From: an uncultured Alphaproteobacteria bacterium
Lineage (GTDB): Bacteria; Pseudomonadota; Alphaproteobacteria; RF32; CAG-239
Direction of reading: 5' to 3'
Assembly (NCBI GenBank): GCA_944391725.1
Contig: CALXUQ010000001.1
Coordinates: 17,345 to 81,344 of the forward strand
DNA length: 64,000 nt
Made by a program: the position numbers and the translations under genes. The first letter of the stretch is position 1. Every line of letters starts with the position of its first letter. Shown in pieces: positions 9,454 to 19,168 of the stretch. The notes under the pieces are model-generated. The model saw only the letters and a program-made list of their open reading frames with translations, was not told the origin of the DNA and did not search any database.

Positions 9454-10992
9454 ATGGAAAATACAGAAAATATGCCCCGCCCGGAAATCATTTTGGTTGC
9501 CGACACTGTCGCCCGGGAAAAGAACATCGACCGCGAAGATATTTTCAACGCCATGGAAGTAGCCATTCAAAAAGCCGGCCGCTCCAAATATGGCTTTGAG
9601 CATGATATCCGCGCCAAAATCGACCGCAAAACCGGAGCTATTTCTCTCTCCCGCTATCGCGAAGTTGTTGCCGATGACGCCGTTGAAAACGAAGTCACCC
9701 AAATGACGGTTGACCAAGCTCGCGAATATGACCCCAAAGCCAAAGTTGGCGATTTCATTATCGATTCTCTACCGCCGATTGACTTTGGACGTATTGCCGC
9801 CCAAACCGCCAAACAGGTTATCACTCAAAAAGTTCGCGAAGCCGAGCGCAATCGCCAATATGAAGAATACAAAGAAAAAGTCGGCACCATTGTTAACGGT
9901 ACCGTCAAGCGTATTGAGTTTGGCAATGTTATCTTAGATATCGGCAAAACCGAAGCCATTCTTCGCCGCGACGAGATTATTCCGCGGGAAAAATTCAAAA
10001 ACGGTGACCGCGTTCGTGCTTATGTTTTAGATGTTCGCCGCGAGAACAAAGGTCCGCAAATTTTCTTGTCCCGTACTTGTCCGGAATTCATGGCCAAATT
10101 GTTTGCCTCCGAAGTTCCCGAGATTTATGACGGCATTGTCCAAATTGTTGCCGTTGCCCGCGACCCCGGTTCCAAAGCCAAAATTGCCGTTAAGACCGAT
10201 GATATGACTGTCGATGCCGTCGGCGCTTGCGTTGGTCTGCGCGGTATTCGTGTTCAGGCTGTAGTGACCGAACTCCAAGGCGAGAAAATTGATATCGTTC
10301 CCTGGAGCGAAGACAAGGCTCAATACATCGTTAGTGCCCTTGCTCCGGCTGAAGTAACCAAAGTGGTGTTAGATGAAGAAAACAACCGTATTGAAGTTGT
10401 TGTTCCGCAAGAGCAATTTTCTGCCGCCATCGGCCGCCGCGGTCAAAATGTCAAATTGGCTTCCCAACTTTTGGGTTGCGATATTGATGTCCTGACCGAA
10501 GAGCAAGAACAAGAACGCCGCTCTAACGAAAACAAAGTTCGTTCTCAACGCTTTATGGAAGCCTTGGATGTTGATGAGATGATTGCTCACCTTCTGATTG
10601 CCGAAGGTTTCTCAACCGTTGACGAAGTTGCTTTAGTACCCTTAAACGAACTTTCCGAAATTGAAGGTTTTGATGAAGACGTAGCTACCGAGCTGCAAAA
10701 ACGCGCCCAAGCTTTCATTGCCAAACGCAATGCCGAGTTTGAAGAAAAGAGCAAATCTTTGGGTATTGATGAAAAATTGCAGCAAATTGAAGGCTTGGAT
10801 CAAGATATGCTCCTGACCTTAGCTAACAAAGGCATCAAGACCATTGATGATTTGGCCGATTTGGCTGCCGATGAGCTAATTGAGCTTTTAGGTGAGAATA
10901 CCTTGTCCGAAACCGAGGCCAACAAAGTGATTATGGCCGCTCGTGCTCATTGGTTTGAAAACGACAACACCAATCAGGAAGCCAATAACTAA
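9454..10992 (+). CDS. nusA: Transcription termination/antitermination factor NusA
   Basis: 512 aa with S1 and KH domains (GACVGLRGIRVQAVVTELQGEKIDIV) and C-terminal acidic repeats. Confidence 0.95.
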   Translation: MENTENMPRPEIILVADTVAREKNIDREDIFNAMEVAIQKAGRSKYGFEHDIRAKIDRKTGAISLSRYREVVADDAVENEVTQMTVDQAREYDPKAKVGDFIIDSLPPIDFGRIAAQTAKQVITQKVREAERNRQYEEYKEKVGTIVNGTVKRIEFGNVILDIGKTEAILRRDEIIPREKFKNGDRVRAYVLDVRRENKGPQIFLSRTCPEFMAKLFASEVPEIYDGIVQIVAVARDPGSKAKIAVKTDDMTVDAVGACVGLRGIRVQAVVTELQGEKIDIVPWSEDKAQYIVSALAPAEVTKVVLDEENNRIEVVVPQEQFSAAIGRRGQNVKLASQLLGCDIDVLTEEQEQERRSNENKVRSQRFMEALDVDEMIAHLLIAEGFSTVDEVALVPLNELSEIEGFDEDVATELQKRAQAFIAKRNAEFEEKSKSLGIDEKLQQIEGLDQDMLLTLANKGIKTIDDLADLAADELIELLGENTLSETEANKVIMAARAHWFENDNTNQEANN

Positions 10993-11597
10993 TGACTAAA
11001 GACAGCGAAAATCGGAAATGTATTGTCAGCGGCCAAGTGCTGGATAAAGAGCATCTTTTGCGCTTTACCGTGCTTGATGACGGCCAACTCATTCCCGACT
11101 TCAAGAAAAAACTTCCCGGGGTCGGAGTATATGTCAGCGCCAGCCGCGACATACTTTCCACCGCTGTCAACAAAAATCTTTTTTCCAAAAGCCTAAAGCG
11201 CACAGTCAGGATTTCTCCTGACTTTGTTGCAATGGTAGAGCAGTTGCTCAAAAAACACGGCTTAGAGCAAATATCTCTGGCTCGCAAAGCCGGCATTTTG
11301 CGAACCGGATACGAAAAAGTATCCGAGCTCATCAAAAAGGGGCAAGCTGCTTTTATTTTAGAAGCATCTGACGCCGGCAAAGACGGCCGCGAACGGATTG
11401 CATCTTTAGCTCATAACTTAGAAATTTTTAATATATATACAGTTGAGGAGTTAGATCAGGCATTAGATAAAACCAACACCGTGCATTTAGCATTTGCCAA
11501 CAGCGAAATGTCGCGCAATCTTAAATCCGAGTTTCGCAAAATCAACAATTTTCTAACCTCAACCACCCCCAACTCAGAGACGGAGAACAATAGATAA
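10992..11597 (+). CDS. YlxR (DUF448)-like RNA-binding protein fused to an L7Ae-like domain
   Basis: [20 protein letters not shown] motif of DUF448. Sits between nusA and infB. TAATG overlaps on both sides. Confidence 0.8.
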   Translation: MTKDSENRKCIVSGQVLDKEHLLRFTVLDDGQLIPDFKKKLPGVGVYVSASRDILSTAVNKNLFSKSLKRTVRISPDFVAMVEQLLKKHGLEQISLARKAGILRTGYEKVSELIKKGQAAFILEASDAGKDGRERIASLAHNLEIFNIYTVEELDQALDKTNTVHLAFANSEMSRNLKSEFRKINNFLTSTTPNSETENNR

Positions 11598-14092
11598 TGA
11601 CAGAAGATAATTCCGGTTCCAAATTAACACTATCGGGAAAATCCACTTTAACCCTCAAAAACCTCGGCAACAAAAAGCCGGAAGGTTCCAAAGTTGTGCA
11701 GGTTGAAGTCCGCAAAAAACGGATTATCACTCCGGCCGCACACAATCCCAGCTCCAACACCGGCAAAGTTGAGATTGATGAAGCCACTGCCGCCAAGCTC
11801 AAACTGATTGCCGATGCCAAGGAACACGAGGCCAAACGCCGTCAGGAAGAAGAGGCCAAAGCCGCCCTGCGCCAACAACAAAAAGAGCAAGAACAAGCCG
11901 AGAAAGCCGAAAAAGCCAAACAAGAGCAAGAGGCTCAAGCCAAAGCCGCCGCTGAGGCCGCCGCCAAGGCCAAATCCGACAAACCGGCAAGTTCCAACCC
12001 CGCAGTTGCCGCCCCCATCGTCAACGAAGAGAAAAATCCTCGTTTCAAAGATAAAAAATCCAAAGACTATGATGACGATGATGAAGACGATGATGACGAT
12101 TTTCACAATCGCAAAAAGAAAAACGAAAAATCAATCGACCGCGATGATGTCTTTGAACAAGAACGCAAAAAAGTCATGAAACGCAGTTTTGAGCCCCAGC
12201 GTCGCAGTAGCGGCAAACTCAACATCAACACCATCGGCAATGATGATGACGATGATTATGGCTATGGTGCGCCTCGCCGTCGGTTTAAGAAGAAACAACC
12301 CAAACCGGTTGCTCCGGTTCAACCTCAAGAAAAAATCGTTAAAGAGGTCATCATTCCGGAAATCATCACCGTTCAGGAGTTGGCTAACCGCATGGCCGAA
12401 AAGAGCGCTGAAGTTATTAAGAAATTAATGTCTTTAGGAGTCATGGCCACCATCAACCAACCCATAGACGCCGACACCGCCCAAATCATTGTTGAAGAGT
12501 TTGGTCACAAGTTTAAGCGCGTGGCCGAAAGCGATGTTGAAATCGGCCTTGGCGGTCCCAAAGACAAACCCGAGGACCTTCAGCCGCGTCCACCGGTCGT
12601 AACCGTAATGGGACACGTTGACCACGGTAAAACCTCTTTGCTTGATGCTCTGCGCGAAACCAATGTTGCCGCCAAAGAAGCCGGCGGTATTACTCAGCAT
12701 ATTGGTGCTTACCAAATTCAAGTCAAAACCGGCGACAAAATCACTTTCATTGACACCCCCGGCCACGAGGCATTTTCCGAAATGCGCGCTCGCGGAGCCA
12801 AGGTCACCGACATTGTGGTTTTGGTAGTTGCCGCCAACGATGGCATTATGCCCCAGACCATTGAGGCGATTCGCCACGCTCAGGCAGCCGAAGTACCGAT
12901 TGTAGTCGCCATCAATAAGATTGACCTCCCCGGTGCCGACCCCATGAAAGTCAAGACCGCCTTGCTCCAACACGGCATTGCGGTTGAGGAAATGGGCGGT
13001 GAGTGCCTTTGCGCCGAAGTTTCTGCCAAAAAGCGGATTAATATTGATAAACTGGTTGAGGCCATTTTGCTGCAAGCCGAAATTCTTGACCTCAAAGCCA
13101 ACCCCAACCGCACGGCCGAAGGCGCAGTGATTGAGGCCAAAATGGAAAAAGGCCGCGGCAGTGTTGCCACCGTCTTGGTACAAAACGGTACCTTGCATAT
13201 TGGCGATGTTATCATTGCCGGCAAAGAATGGGGTCACGTTCGCGCCATGTTCAACGAAAACGGCCACAAAATTTTTGAGGCAGGTCCGGCCACTCCGGTT
13301 GAAGTTTTGGGTCTGCAAGGCACACCTTCCGCCGGTGATGATTTCATTGTCGTCAAAGATGAAACTCAGGCCAAAGAAGTCACCAGTTATCGTATCCGCA
13401 AGGAACGCGATGCCAAATTGGTCAAGAGTGCCAAATCGGCCATGGAACAAATGCTCGATAAAATTAAATCCGGCGAATCCAAACACCTGCCGATTATCAT
13501 TAAAGCCGACGTTCAAGGCTCTATCGAAGCCATTGAAGGCACACTTAAAAAACTTTCCAACGACGAAGTCAGCGTCCAAATTCTGCACTCTGCCGTTGGC
13601 CCGATTTCAGAATCTGACATTTCCTTAGCCAAAGCCTCTCACGCTTTAGTTATCGGTTTTAACGTCCGTGCCATTCCGCAAGCTCGCGATGCCGCTCGCC
13701 GCGACGGTATTGACATTCGCTACTATTCAATCATCTATGATGTTGCCGATGACGTTAAGAAAGGTCTGGAAGGGCTGCTCTCTCCTGAGCTCAAAGAAAA
13801 GATTTTGGGCTATGCCGAGATTAGAGAAGTTTACAACATCACCGGTGTGGGCAAAGTTGCCGGCTGTATGGTGACCGAAGGACTGGTCAAACGCGGCGCC
13901 AAGATTCGTCTCTTGCGCGACAACGTGGTTATCCACGATGGCAACTTAGGCCAACTCAAACGCTTCAAAGATGACGTTAAAGAAGTCAAAGAAGGCTATG
14001 AGTGCGGTATGAGTTTTGAAAATTATAATGACATTCAAAAAGGCGACTTTATTGAATGTTATGAAATTGAAGAAATCGCCGCCAAACTATAG
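11597..14092 (+). CDS. infB: Translation initiation factor IF-2
   Basis: 831 aa. G domain [14 protein letters not shown] / DTPGHEAF / NKID. Low-complexity Lys/Glu/Ala and poly-Asp N-terminal linker. Confidence 0.97.
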   Translation: MTEDNSGSKLTLSGKSTLTLKNLGNKKPEGSKVVQVEVRKKRIITPAAHNPSSNTGKVEIDEATAAKLKLIADAKEHEAKRRQEEEAKAALRQQQKEQEQAEKAEKAKQEQEAQAKAAAEAAAKAKSDKPASSNPAVAAPIVNEEKNPRFKDKKSKDYDDDDEDDDDDFHNRKKKNEKSIDRDDVFEQERKKVMKRSFEPQRRSSGKLNINTIGNDDDDDYGYGAPRRRFKKKQPKPVAPVQPQEKIVKEVIIPEIITVQELANRMAEKSAEVIKKLMSLGVMATINQPIDADTAQIIVEEFGHKFKRVAESDVEIGLGGPKDKPEDLQPRPPVVTVMGHVDHGKTSLLDALRETNVAAKEAGGITQHIGAYQIQVKTGDKITFIDTPGHEAFSEMRARGAKVTDIVVLVVAANDGIMPQTIEAIRHAQAAEVPIVVAINKIDLPGADPMKVKTALLQHGIAVEEMGGECLCAEVSAKKRINIDKLVEAILLQAEILDLKANPNRTAEGAVIEAKMEKGRGSVATVLVQNGTLHIGDVIIAGKEWGHVRAMFNENGHKIFEAGPATPVEVLGLQGTPSAGDDFIVVKDETQAKEVTSYRIRKERDAKLVKSAKSAMEQMLDKIKSGESKHLPIIIKADVQGSIEAIEGTLKKLSNDEVSVQILHSAVGPISESDISLAKASHALVIGFNVRAIPQARDAARRDGIDIRYYSIIYDVADDVKKGLEGLLSPELKEKILGYAEIREVYNITGVGKVAGCMVTEGLVKRGAKIRLLRDNVVIHDGNLGQLKRFKDDVKEVKEGYECGMSFENYNDIQKGDFIECYEIEEIAAKL

Positions 14093-14097
14093 ATACA

Positions 14098-14125
14098 ACC
14101 CCCGACTAAATCGGGGGTTTATTTT
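14098..14125 (+). terminator. Rho-independent terminator of infB
   Basis: ACCCCCGA-ctaaa-TCGGGGGT followed by TTATTTT. Confidence 0.8.
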
Positions 14126-14131
14126 GCCACC

Positions 14132-14170
14132 AAAAAAAACGGAAAATGCCGATAGCACTTTCCGTTTTTT
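14132..14170. terminator. Bidirectional terminator hairpin
   Basis: A-run, ACGGAAA, 13-nt loop, TTTCCGT, T-run. Lies between convergent infB and the 14181..14792 gene. Confidence 0.6.
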
Positions 14171-14180
14171 CATTAAGTTG

Positions 14181-14792
14181 TTATTGCAATTCGCCGATAG
14201 CCATCAAACTTGAACGCTGAGCGCTAAAAATTTTTTTCAACTCCGCTATTGACTTATCGCTGAATTCCTCAAGACACAAAGCCGATACACAGCATACAAC
14301 GTATTTTTCATCCAAAGGCAAAAACTCCACATTTTTCATAAAAGATATTTCCGCCTGTTGGAATTGGTTTTTAGCTCGTTGGATTTCCCCCAAAGCACAA
14401 TTTGAAACTTTGTTTGAAAGGTTCATTTGATAACATTTAGCCGTAGTTTTTAGATAATACAACACCACCGCTAAAAAGTCACGCAGTTCGACCGACCACC
14501 GATTCTCTACATAATTTTCGATTCGAGCAATTCGCAAACTGTTCACCACGACCATAAACTGAGGATTTTCAAACAAGGCCCGATATTTTGGTTCCATATC
14601 ATCCGGCAAATTAGGAGCAATCACAAACGGCAAAAAAGCAAATTTACGATTTTTAAGCAACTCAAACAGCACACGTGTCTGTTCTTCCCCAATCAAATTG
14701 AGCACATTTCGAAATGCAATTCTCGGAAAAACAATATTCAAATCTTTCCACATTTGAACGCGAAATTTTTCGCGCGATACAAAATTGTTCAT
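14181..14792 (-). CDS. Hypothetical protein (orphan)
   Basis: ORF 14181..14837 begins at TTG. The first ATG is at 14792 (MNNFVSREKF...). No motif recognised and no obvious RBS. Confidence 0.5.
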   Translation of the reverse strand: MNNFVSREKFRVQMWKDLNIVFPRIAFRNVLNLIGEEQTRVLFELLKNRKFAFLPFVIAPNLPDDMEPKYRALFENPQFMVVVNSLRIARIENYVENRWSVELRDFLAVVLYYLKTTAKCYQMNLSNKVSNCALGEIQRAKNQFQQAEISFMKNVEFLPLDEKYVVCCVSALCLEEFSDKSIAELKKIFSAQRSSLMAIGELQ

Positions 14793-14884
14793 AGCAAAAA
14801 AATTTATATTAGCATAATTATTAAAAATCAACTGCAACCAACTTAGCGCCGCATTAACAAATTGTCAAATACAAATTGGCGCAC

Positions 14885-14920
14885 AAAAAAAGAGTTCCTG
14901 TTGCAGCAGGAACTCTTTTT
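14885..14920. terminator. Bidirectional terminator hairpin between the two orphan genes
   Basis: A-run, GAGTTCCTG-ttgcag-CAGGAACTC, TTTTT. Confidence 0.7.
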
Positions 14921-14937
14921 CAAAACATTTAAGGATT

Positions 14938-15930
14938 TTACTCAGCCTCTTTCACTACCGGAGCAAATTCAGCCTCCAACCACTGTTTAGCGTACATATC
15001 TTTGCCAAATACATTAAACAAGAACTTATCTTGTTTCATATCGGCAATAGATTTGAGAGCTTTGTAGGGCACCACTTTCACTTCCGAACCGTCAATCGGG
15101 CAAATCACAAAACTGTCTTTACCATTGACCTGAGTATAAACTGCCCAAACAGGCAGATTATCAACATAAGCCAACAACGGACGATTATTTACCTGAATAC
15201 CGTCTTTTTTAGCGAAAGACGCAATCTTAACTGCAGCCACCCGCTGTTGCAATACCCAAACTCTCGGATGCTCGGTAGTTATTGCGATATTACCATCCAT
15301 ATCACAAATAACATAGTACACACCCTCATTTTTTTCACATCTCAGCGACCAGCAAGTTTTGCCGTCCACATCCGCCAATTTAGCTCGACTAGCCAGTTTG
15401 TCACGACAATGGATATGATAACCCAACCCATTTTCATCGGCAAACTTACGGAGTTTTTCGGTCATGGCTCTTTGCTCGTAGAAATAATGTCCGTCAGACA
15501 AAATCTCCAACACAAACCATTGATCAAACACAAACCCCACTTGCACGGAGCCACCATAAGATGGCATTTCTTCTGAGATCGCCATACTCACCAGAGGTGT
15601 CAATCCTCTTGACATCAAGTCCAAAGGAGAAAAACCCGACAGTACAATTGAACCATCATTAGTCAAAATCCGTTCTTGACCAGAAATCATATTAAAGGTC
15701 AAAAGTTTTGACTTGTCAGCAGATACAATAACATATTCATAAAAACCTTTTCTGGTGTGAGCATCTTCATCAAACACCACCCGATAGGGTTTAGCTATTG
15801 CATCTGTCTCCAACTGAATACCCTTAGCCCGAGCCAACTTATGTAATGTTTCTGTTGCGGCTCTCTGACGCTTAAAGCGAATTGCTAACTCTCTCTCAGT
15901 TCTTTCCTTGATTTTAAAATTCGTTTGCAT
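14938..15930 (-). CDS. Hypothetical protein with an apparent internal threefold repeat
   Basis: 330-aa ORF with an ATG start. Three segments share the pattern xxFAxxxGI(Q) ... hydrophobic-Y-V-I-x-D-x-D-G (see findings). No family recognised. Confidence 0.6.
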   Translation of the reverse strand: MQTNFKIKERTERELAIRFKRQRAATETLHKLARAKGIQLETDAIAKPYRVVFDEDAHTRKGFYEYVIVSADKSKLLTFNMISGQERILTNDGSIVLSGFSPLDLMSRGLTPLVSMAISEEMPSYGGSVQVGFVFDQWFVLEILSDGHYFYEQRAMTEKLRKFADENGLGYHIHCRDKLASRAKLADVDGKTCWSLRCEKNEGVYYVICDMDGNIAITTEHPRVWVLQQRVAAVKIASFAKKDGIQVNNRPLLAYVDNLPVWAVYTQVNGKDSFVICPIDGSEVKVVPYKALKSIADMKQDKFLFNVFGKDMYAKQWLEAEFAPVVKEAE

Positions 15931-16014
15931 AGTAATAAAAATTTAAAAATTAGACTAGAATTGTATTTATATATGGCGACATTGATACTCTCATTCTCCC
16001 CCAATGTCAAGCCT

Positions 16015-16058
16015 AAAAAAAACGGGAAAGAAAAACTACATCTCTTTCCCGTTTTTTT
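16015..16058. terminator. Bidirectional terminator downstream of hppA
   Basis: A-run, ACGGGAAAGA, 11-nt loop, TCTTTCCCGT, TTTTTTT. Confidence 0.7.
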
Positions 16059-16077
16059 ATTTATAAAATATCAAGAT

Positions 16078-18501
16078 TTATTTTTTATCTTCGATTCTCA
16101 TTTTATAGAAAGAACGATAAACAAAAATAAGTCCGATAATCATGAATACGATTCCCAAGCCTAAAGATACTTCTCTTGGCGCAGCAACCGCCATCTCCAC
16201 GGCTAGCAAACCGAATAAAGTCGTAAACTTAATAATCGGGTTAAGAGCCACAGAAGATGTATCTTTATAGGGGTCACCGACAGTGTCGCCCACCACAGTT
16301 GCATCGTGCAAAGGTGTACCTTTTTCTTGCAAATCCACCTCAACCACTTTCTTGGCATTATCCCAAGCCCCGCCGGCATTAGCCATATAGAGCGCCTGGA
16401 ACAAACCAAATACCGCAATTGAGATTAGATAGCTGGCAAAGAGGTTCGCATCAAAACAAGCAAACGCAATAGTGAAAGAGAAAATCACAATAAAGATATT
16501 GAGCATACCTTTTTGAGCATAGATGGTGCAGATTTTGACCACCTTTTGTGAATCTTCCACCGAGGCAGCTTTTTTGACATTGAGCTTAATGTGCTGTTTG
16601 ATGAAATCCACCGCCCGATAAGCACCGGTCGAAACTGCCTGCATTGAAGCTCCCGAGAACCAGTAAATCACTGCACCGCCCAAGATAAGGCCGAACAACA
16701 CATACGGGTCAAGCAGGTTGAGCTTGAGGTTCAAGAGCAAGATGATTGAGAAAATCATTGTTGTTGCCCCGATAACAGCGGTACCAATCAAGACCGGTTT
16801 AGCGGTTGCCTTGAAAGTATTACCGGCACTATCGTTGGCTTCAAGTAGATATTTACCGCGTTCAAAATCAGGCTCAAAACCATAATCTTTTTTGATTTCG
16901 GCTTTAATACCTTTGCTTTGCTCAATTTGCGAAAGCTCAAATACGGATTGCGCATTATCGGTAACCGGACCATAGCTGTCCACAGCAATAGTAACCGGCC
17001 CCATACCAAGCATACCAAAGGCCACCAAACCAAAAGCAAACACGGTCGGATAGACCATATATCCGTCCAAACCTTCCGAAGCGGTAAAGAAAGCAATGAC
17101 CATCAAAGCGACCATCACCAAACCTTGCCAGAAGGCTGAGAAGTTACCCGAAACAATACCGGAAATGATATTGAGCGAAGCTCCTGCCTCACGGCTGGAG
17201 TTAACAATCTCTTGCACGTGTTGTGATTTGGAAGAAGTAAAGATTTTGGTAAATTCCGGAATTATCGCTGCCGCCAAAGTACCGCAACTGATAATGATAG
17301 AAAGTTTCCACCACAAATCCTCACCCATAGTACCAATCATCACATAAGAAACGCCGAAAGTAACCGCGATTGAAATGACCGAAGTCAACCAAATCAAACT
17401 GGTCAGCGGAGTTTCAAAATCAAAGATTTTCTTATTTCCGAAAATCATTTTTGAAGCCTTAAGGTTGAGCCAATAAGCCACCATTGAGGTCACAATCATC
17501 AGCAAGCGCATGGTGAAAATCCAGACAATCAAACGAGCCTGAATATCAATACCATTGCTCATCAGTACCAAGCTGCCGTCCTGAGTATACATCATACCGG
17601 CACCAAGCACGATAAAGCTGATGAGAGCCACACCGGTCACACCATAAGTTTCAAAACCATCGGCGGTAGGCCCGACCGAGTCACCGGCATTATCACCGGT
17701 ACAGTCGGCAATCACTCCGGGGTTACGCGCATCATCTTCATCAATTTTGAAAATAATTTTCATCAAATCGGCCCCGATATCGGCAATTTTGGTAAAGATA
17801 CCGCCGCAAATACGCAAAGCCGAAGCGCCAAGAGACTCACCGATAGCAAAACCAATAAAGCAAGCTCCGGCATTTTCTCTTGGAATAAACAAGAGGATGA
17901 TAATCATCATAATCAGCTCTACGCAGATAAGGAGCACGCCGATAGACATACCCGAACGCAGAGGCAAACTCATCACCGGAAAAGCTTTTCCTTCCAAGGA
18001 GGCAAAAGCGGTGCGCGAGTTGGCATAAGTATTGATACGCATACCAAACCAAGCCACCGTATACGACCCCAAAATACCCAAGATTGACCACAACAAAATG
18101 TTCAATACCATCGGCAGGGAAGTCGCATTAAGATAGTAGAAATAGTAGAAAATGCAGGCTGCAATAAACACTTCCAACAGCACCAAAAGCTTAGCCTGTT
18201 GTTTCATATAAGTTTTACAAGTAGCATAAATCAATGACGAAATATTGAGCATTAATTTATGAGCCGGCATATTTTTGATTTTAACAAATTCATACAATCC
18301 AAACAACATACCCAAAACACAAATGCTCAAACCATAGAGCAAGATTTGGGAACCAAGGATTGAATAACCGAAAATATTATATTCCACATCCAAAGACGGG
18401 ATTTTGAGGTCAATTTCCGAGGCTAACGCACCTTGGGTCATTGCGACCACCAAGAGCGCAACCGCCCCGAGCAAACGACCAATTTTTTTCAAACCAAACA
18501 T
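16078..18501 (-). CDS. hppA: Membrane-bound proton-translocating pyrophosphatase (M-PPase), divergent
   Basis: 807 aa, polytopic. Motifs GDTVGDPYKDTSSVALNPIIKF, GGAWDNAKK, GDNAGDSVGP and GNTFKATAKP. AAGGAA RBS. Confidence 0.85.
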   Translation of the reverse strand: MFGLKKIGRLLGAVALLVVAMTQGALASEIDLKIPSLDVEYNIFGYSILGSQILLYGLSICVLGMLFGLYEFVKIKNMPAHKLMLNISSLIYATCKTYMKQQAKLLVLLEVFIAACIFYYFYYLNATSLPMVLNILLWSILGILGSYTVAWFGMRINTYANSRTAFASLEGKAFPVMSLPLRSGMSIGVLLICVELIMMIIILLFIPRENAGACFIGFAIGESLGASALRICGGIFTKIADIGADLMKIIFKIDEDDARNPGVIADCTGDNAGDSVGPTADGFETYGVTGVALISFIVLGAGMMYTQDGSLVLMSNGIDIQARLIVWIFTMRLLMIVTSMVAYWLNLKASKMIFGNKKIFDFETPLTSLIWLTSVISIAVTFGVSYVMIGTMGEDLWWKLSIIISCGTLAAAIIPEFTKIFTSSKSQHVQEIVNSSREAGASLNIISGIVSGNFSAFWQGLVMVALMVIAFFTASEGLDGYMVYPTVFAFGLVAFGMLGMGPVTIAVDSYGPVTDNAQSVFELSQIEQSKGIKAEIKKDYGFEPDFERGKYLLEANDSAGNTFKATAKPVLIGTAVIGATTMIFSIILLLNLKLNLLDPYVLFGLILGGAVIYWFSGASMQAVSTGAYRAVDFIKQHIKLNVKKAASVEDSQKVVKICTIYAQKGMLNIFIVIFSFTIAFACFDANLFASYLISIAVFGLFQALYMANAGGAWDNAKKVVEVDLQEKGTPLHDATVVGDTVGDPYKDTSSVALNPIIKFTTLFGLLAVEMAVAAPREVSLGLGIVFMIIGLIFVYRSFYKMRIEDKK

Positions 18502-18794
18502 ATAAAAATTCCTTATAAGTTGATGTCAGATATAAAACAACAGACTGGTTTCGATTCCTTTGAGCTATTCTGAGCCAGACCAGATTTTTCAAGTCATAAC
18601 CGAGCTTTAGATTCGCTCCAGATTCCATTGAAATTATGCCCTGCATCATATTCCTTCTTTCTAAACAATAAGTTAACTAACCTCACTCCCCACTGGGCGC
18701 ATCTTCTCTAAAATATTGTTATAAATTCCGATAAATCCATTTACCTCACCGGCAAAATATGGTATATTTATTTCAAATAAAAAGGAGAACTGAG

Positions 18795-19031
18795 ATGAAA
18801 AAAATGATGATTTTGAGCTTAGCCGCTCTGGTTTCGGCTTGTGCTGCCGCCCCGCAAAAAACTTATCCCTATGGCATGACGGAATCTGAATGGAATGAAC
18901 TTTCCATCCAAGATAAGGCCGCAATCAGACGTGACTTTTACTTTGTCGAAAAAGGCAATATGAATTTTGTTAACCCCGATCTTAAAGTCGAGGGCAAAAA
19001 AGAAGCGGTTCCTAACTTCCGCAAAAATTAA
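18795..19031 (+). CDS. Small lipoprotein, hypothetical
   Basis: ATG at 18795 after AAAGGAG. MKKMMILSLAALVSAC lipobox. The listed ORF 18759..19031 starts upstream at a non-ATG codon. Confidence 0.6.
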   Translation: MKKMMILSLAALVSACAAAPQKTYPYGMTESEWNELSIQDKAAIRRDFYFVEKGNMNFVNPDLKVEGKKEAVPNFRKN

Positions 19032-19046
19032 ACCCATTACAATTAC

Positions 19047-19073
19047 AAAAATTCCCTTCGGGGAATTTTTTTT
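19047..19073 (+). terminator. Rho-independent terminator
   Basis: AATTCCC-ttcg-GGGAATT followed by TTTTTT. Confidence 0.8.
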
Positions 19074-19168
19074 GCTTTTAAGATAGCTTTACCTAAGCTG
19101 TTCCTTGACTCTCAGAGATAATAGTGCTAAATAATCTTTTGGTTTTTATACAGTTAAGGAATACAACA

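Noticed and set aside
11648-12328. Lys/Pro/Gly-rich ORFs in both strands, and the poly-Asp tracts in the infB 5' region, as possible separate genes or repeats
   Set aside because: They mirror the low-complexity Lys/Glu/Ala/Asp linker that is typical of the IF-2 N-terminus. This is a composition artefact, not an independent feature.
12434-13588. 384-aa ORF on the minus strand, and several other 60-165-aa ORFs, inside infB
   Set aside because: They lie entirely antisense or out of frame to a very confidently identified IF-2 gene. The translations are low-complexity (Gly/Asn/Phe-rich) shadow ORFs with no start context.
15031-15576. 181-aa plus-strand ORF
   Set aside because: It is antisense to the longer 330-aa ORF, begins at a non-ATG codon, and has no RBS or motif.
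18410-18924. Minus-strand ORFs of 79 and 83 aa upstream of hppA
   Set aside because: They lie in the hppA leader/promoter region or antisense to the small lipoprotein gene, with no RBS. I looked for a riboswitch-like fold in the 290-nt hppA leader and found only weak short stems.
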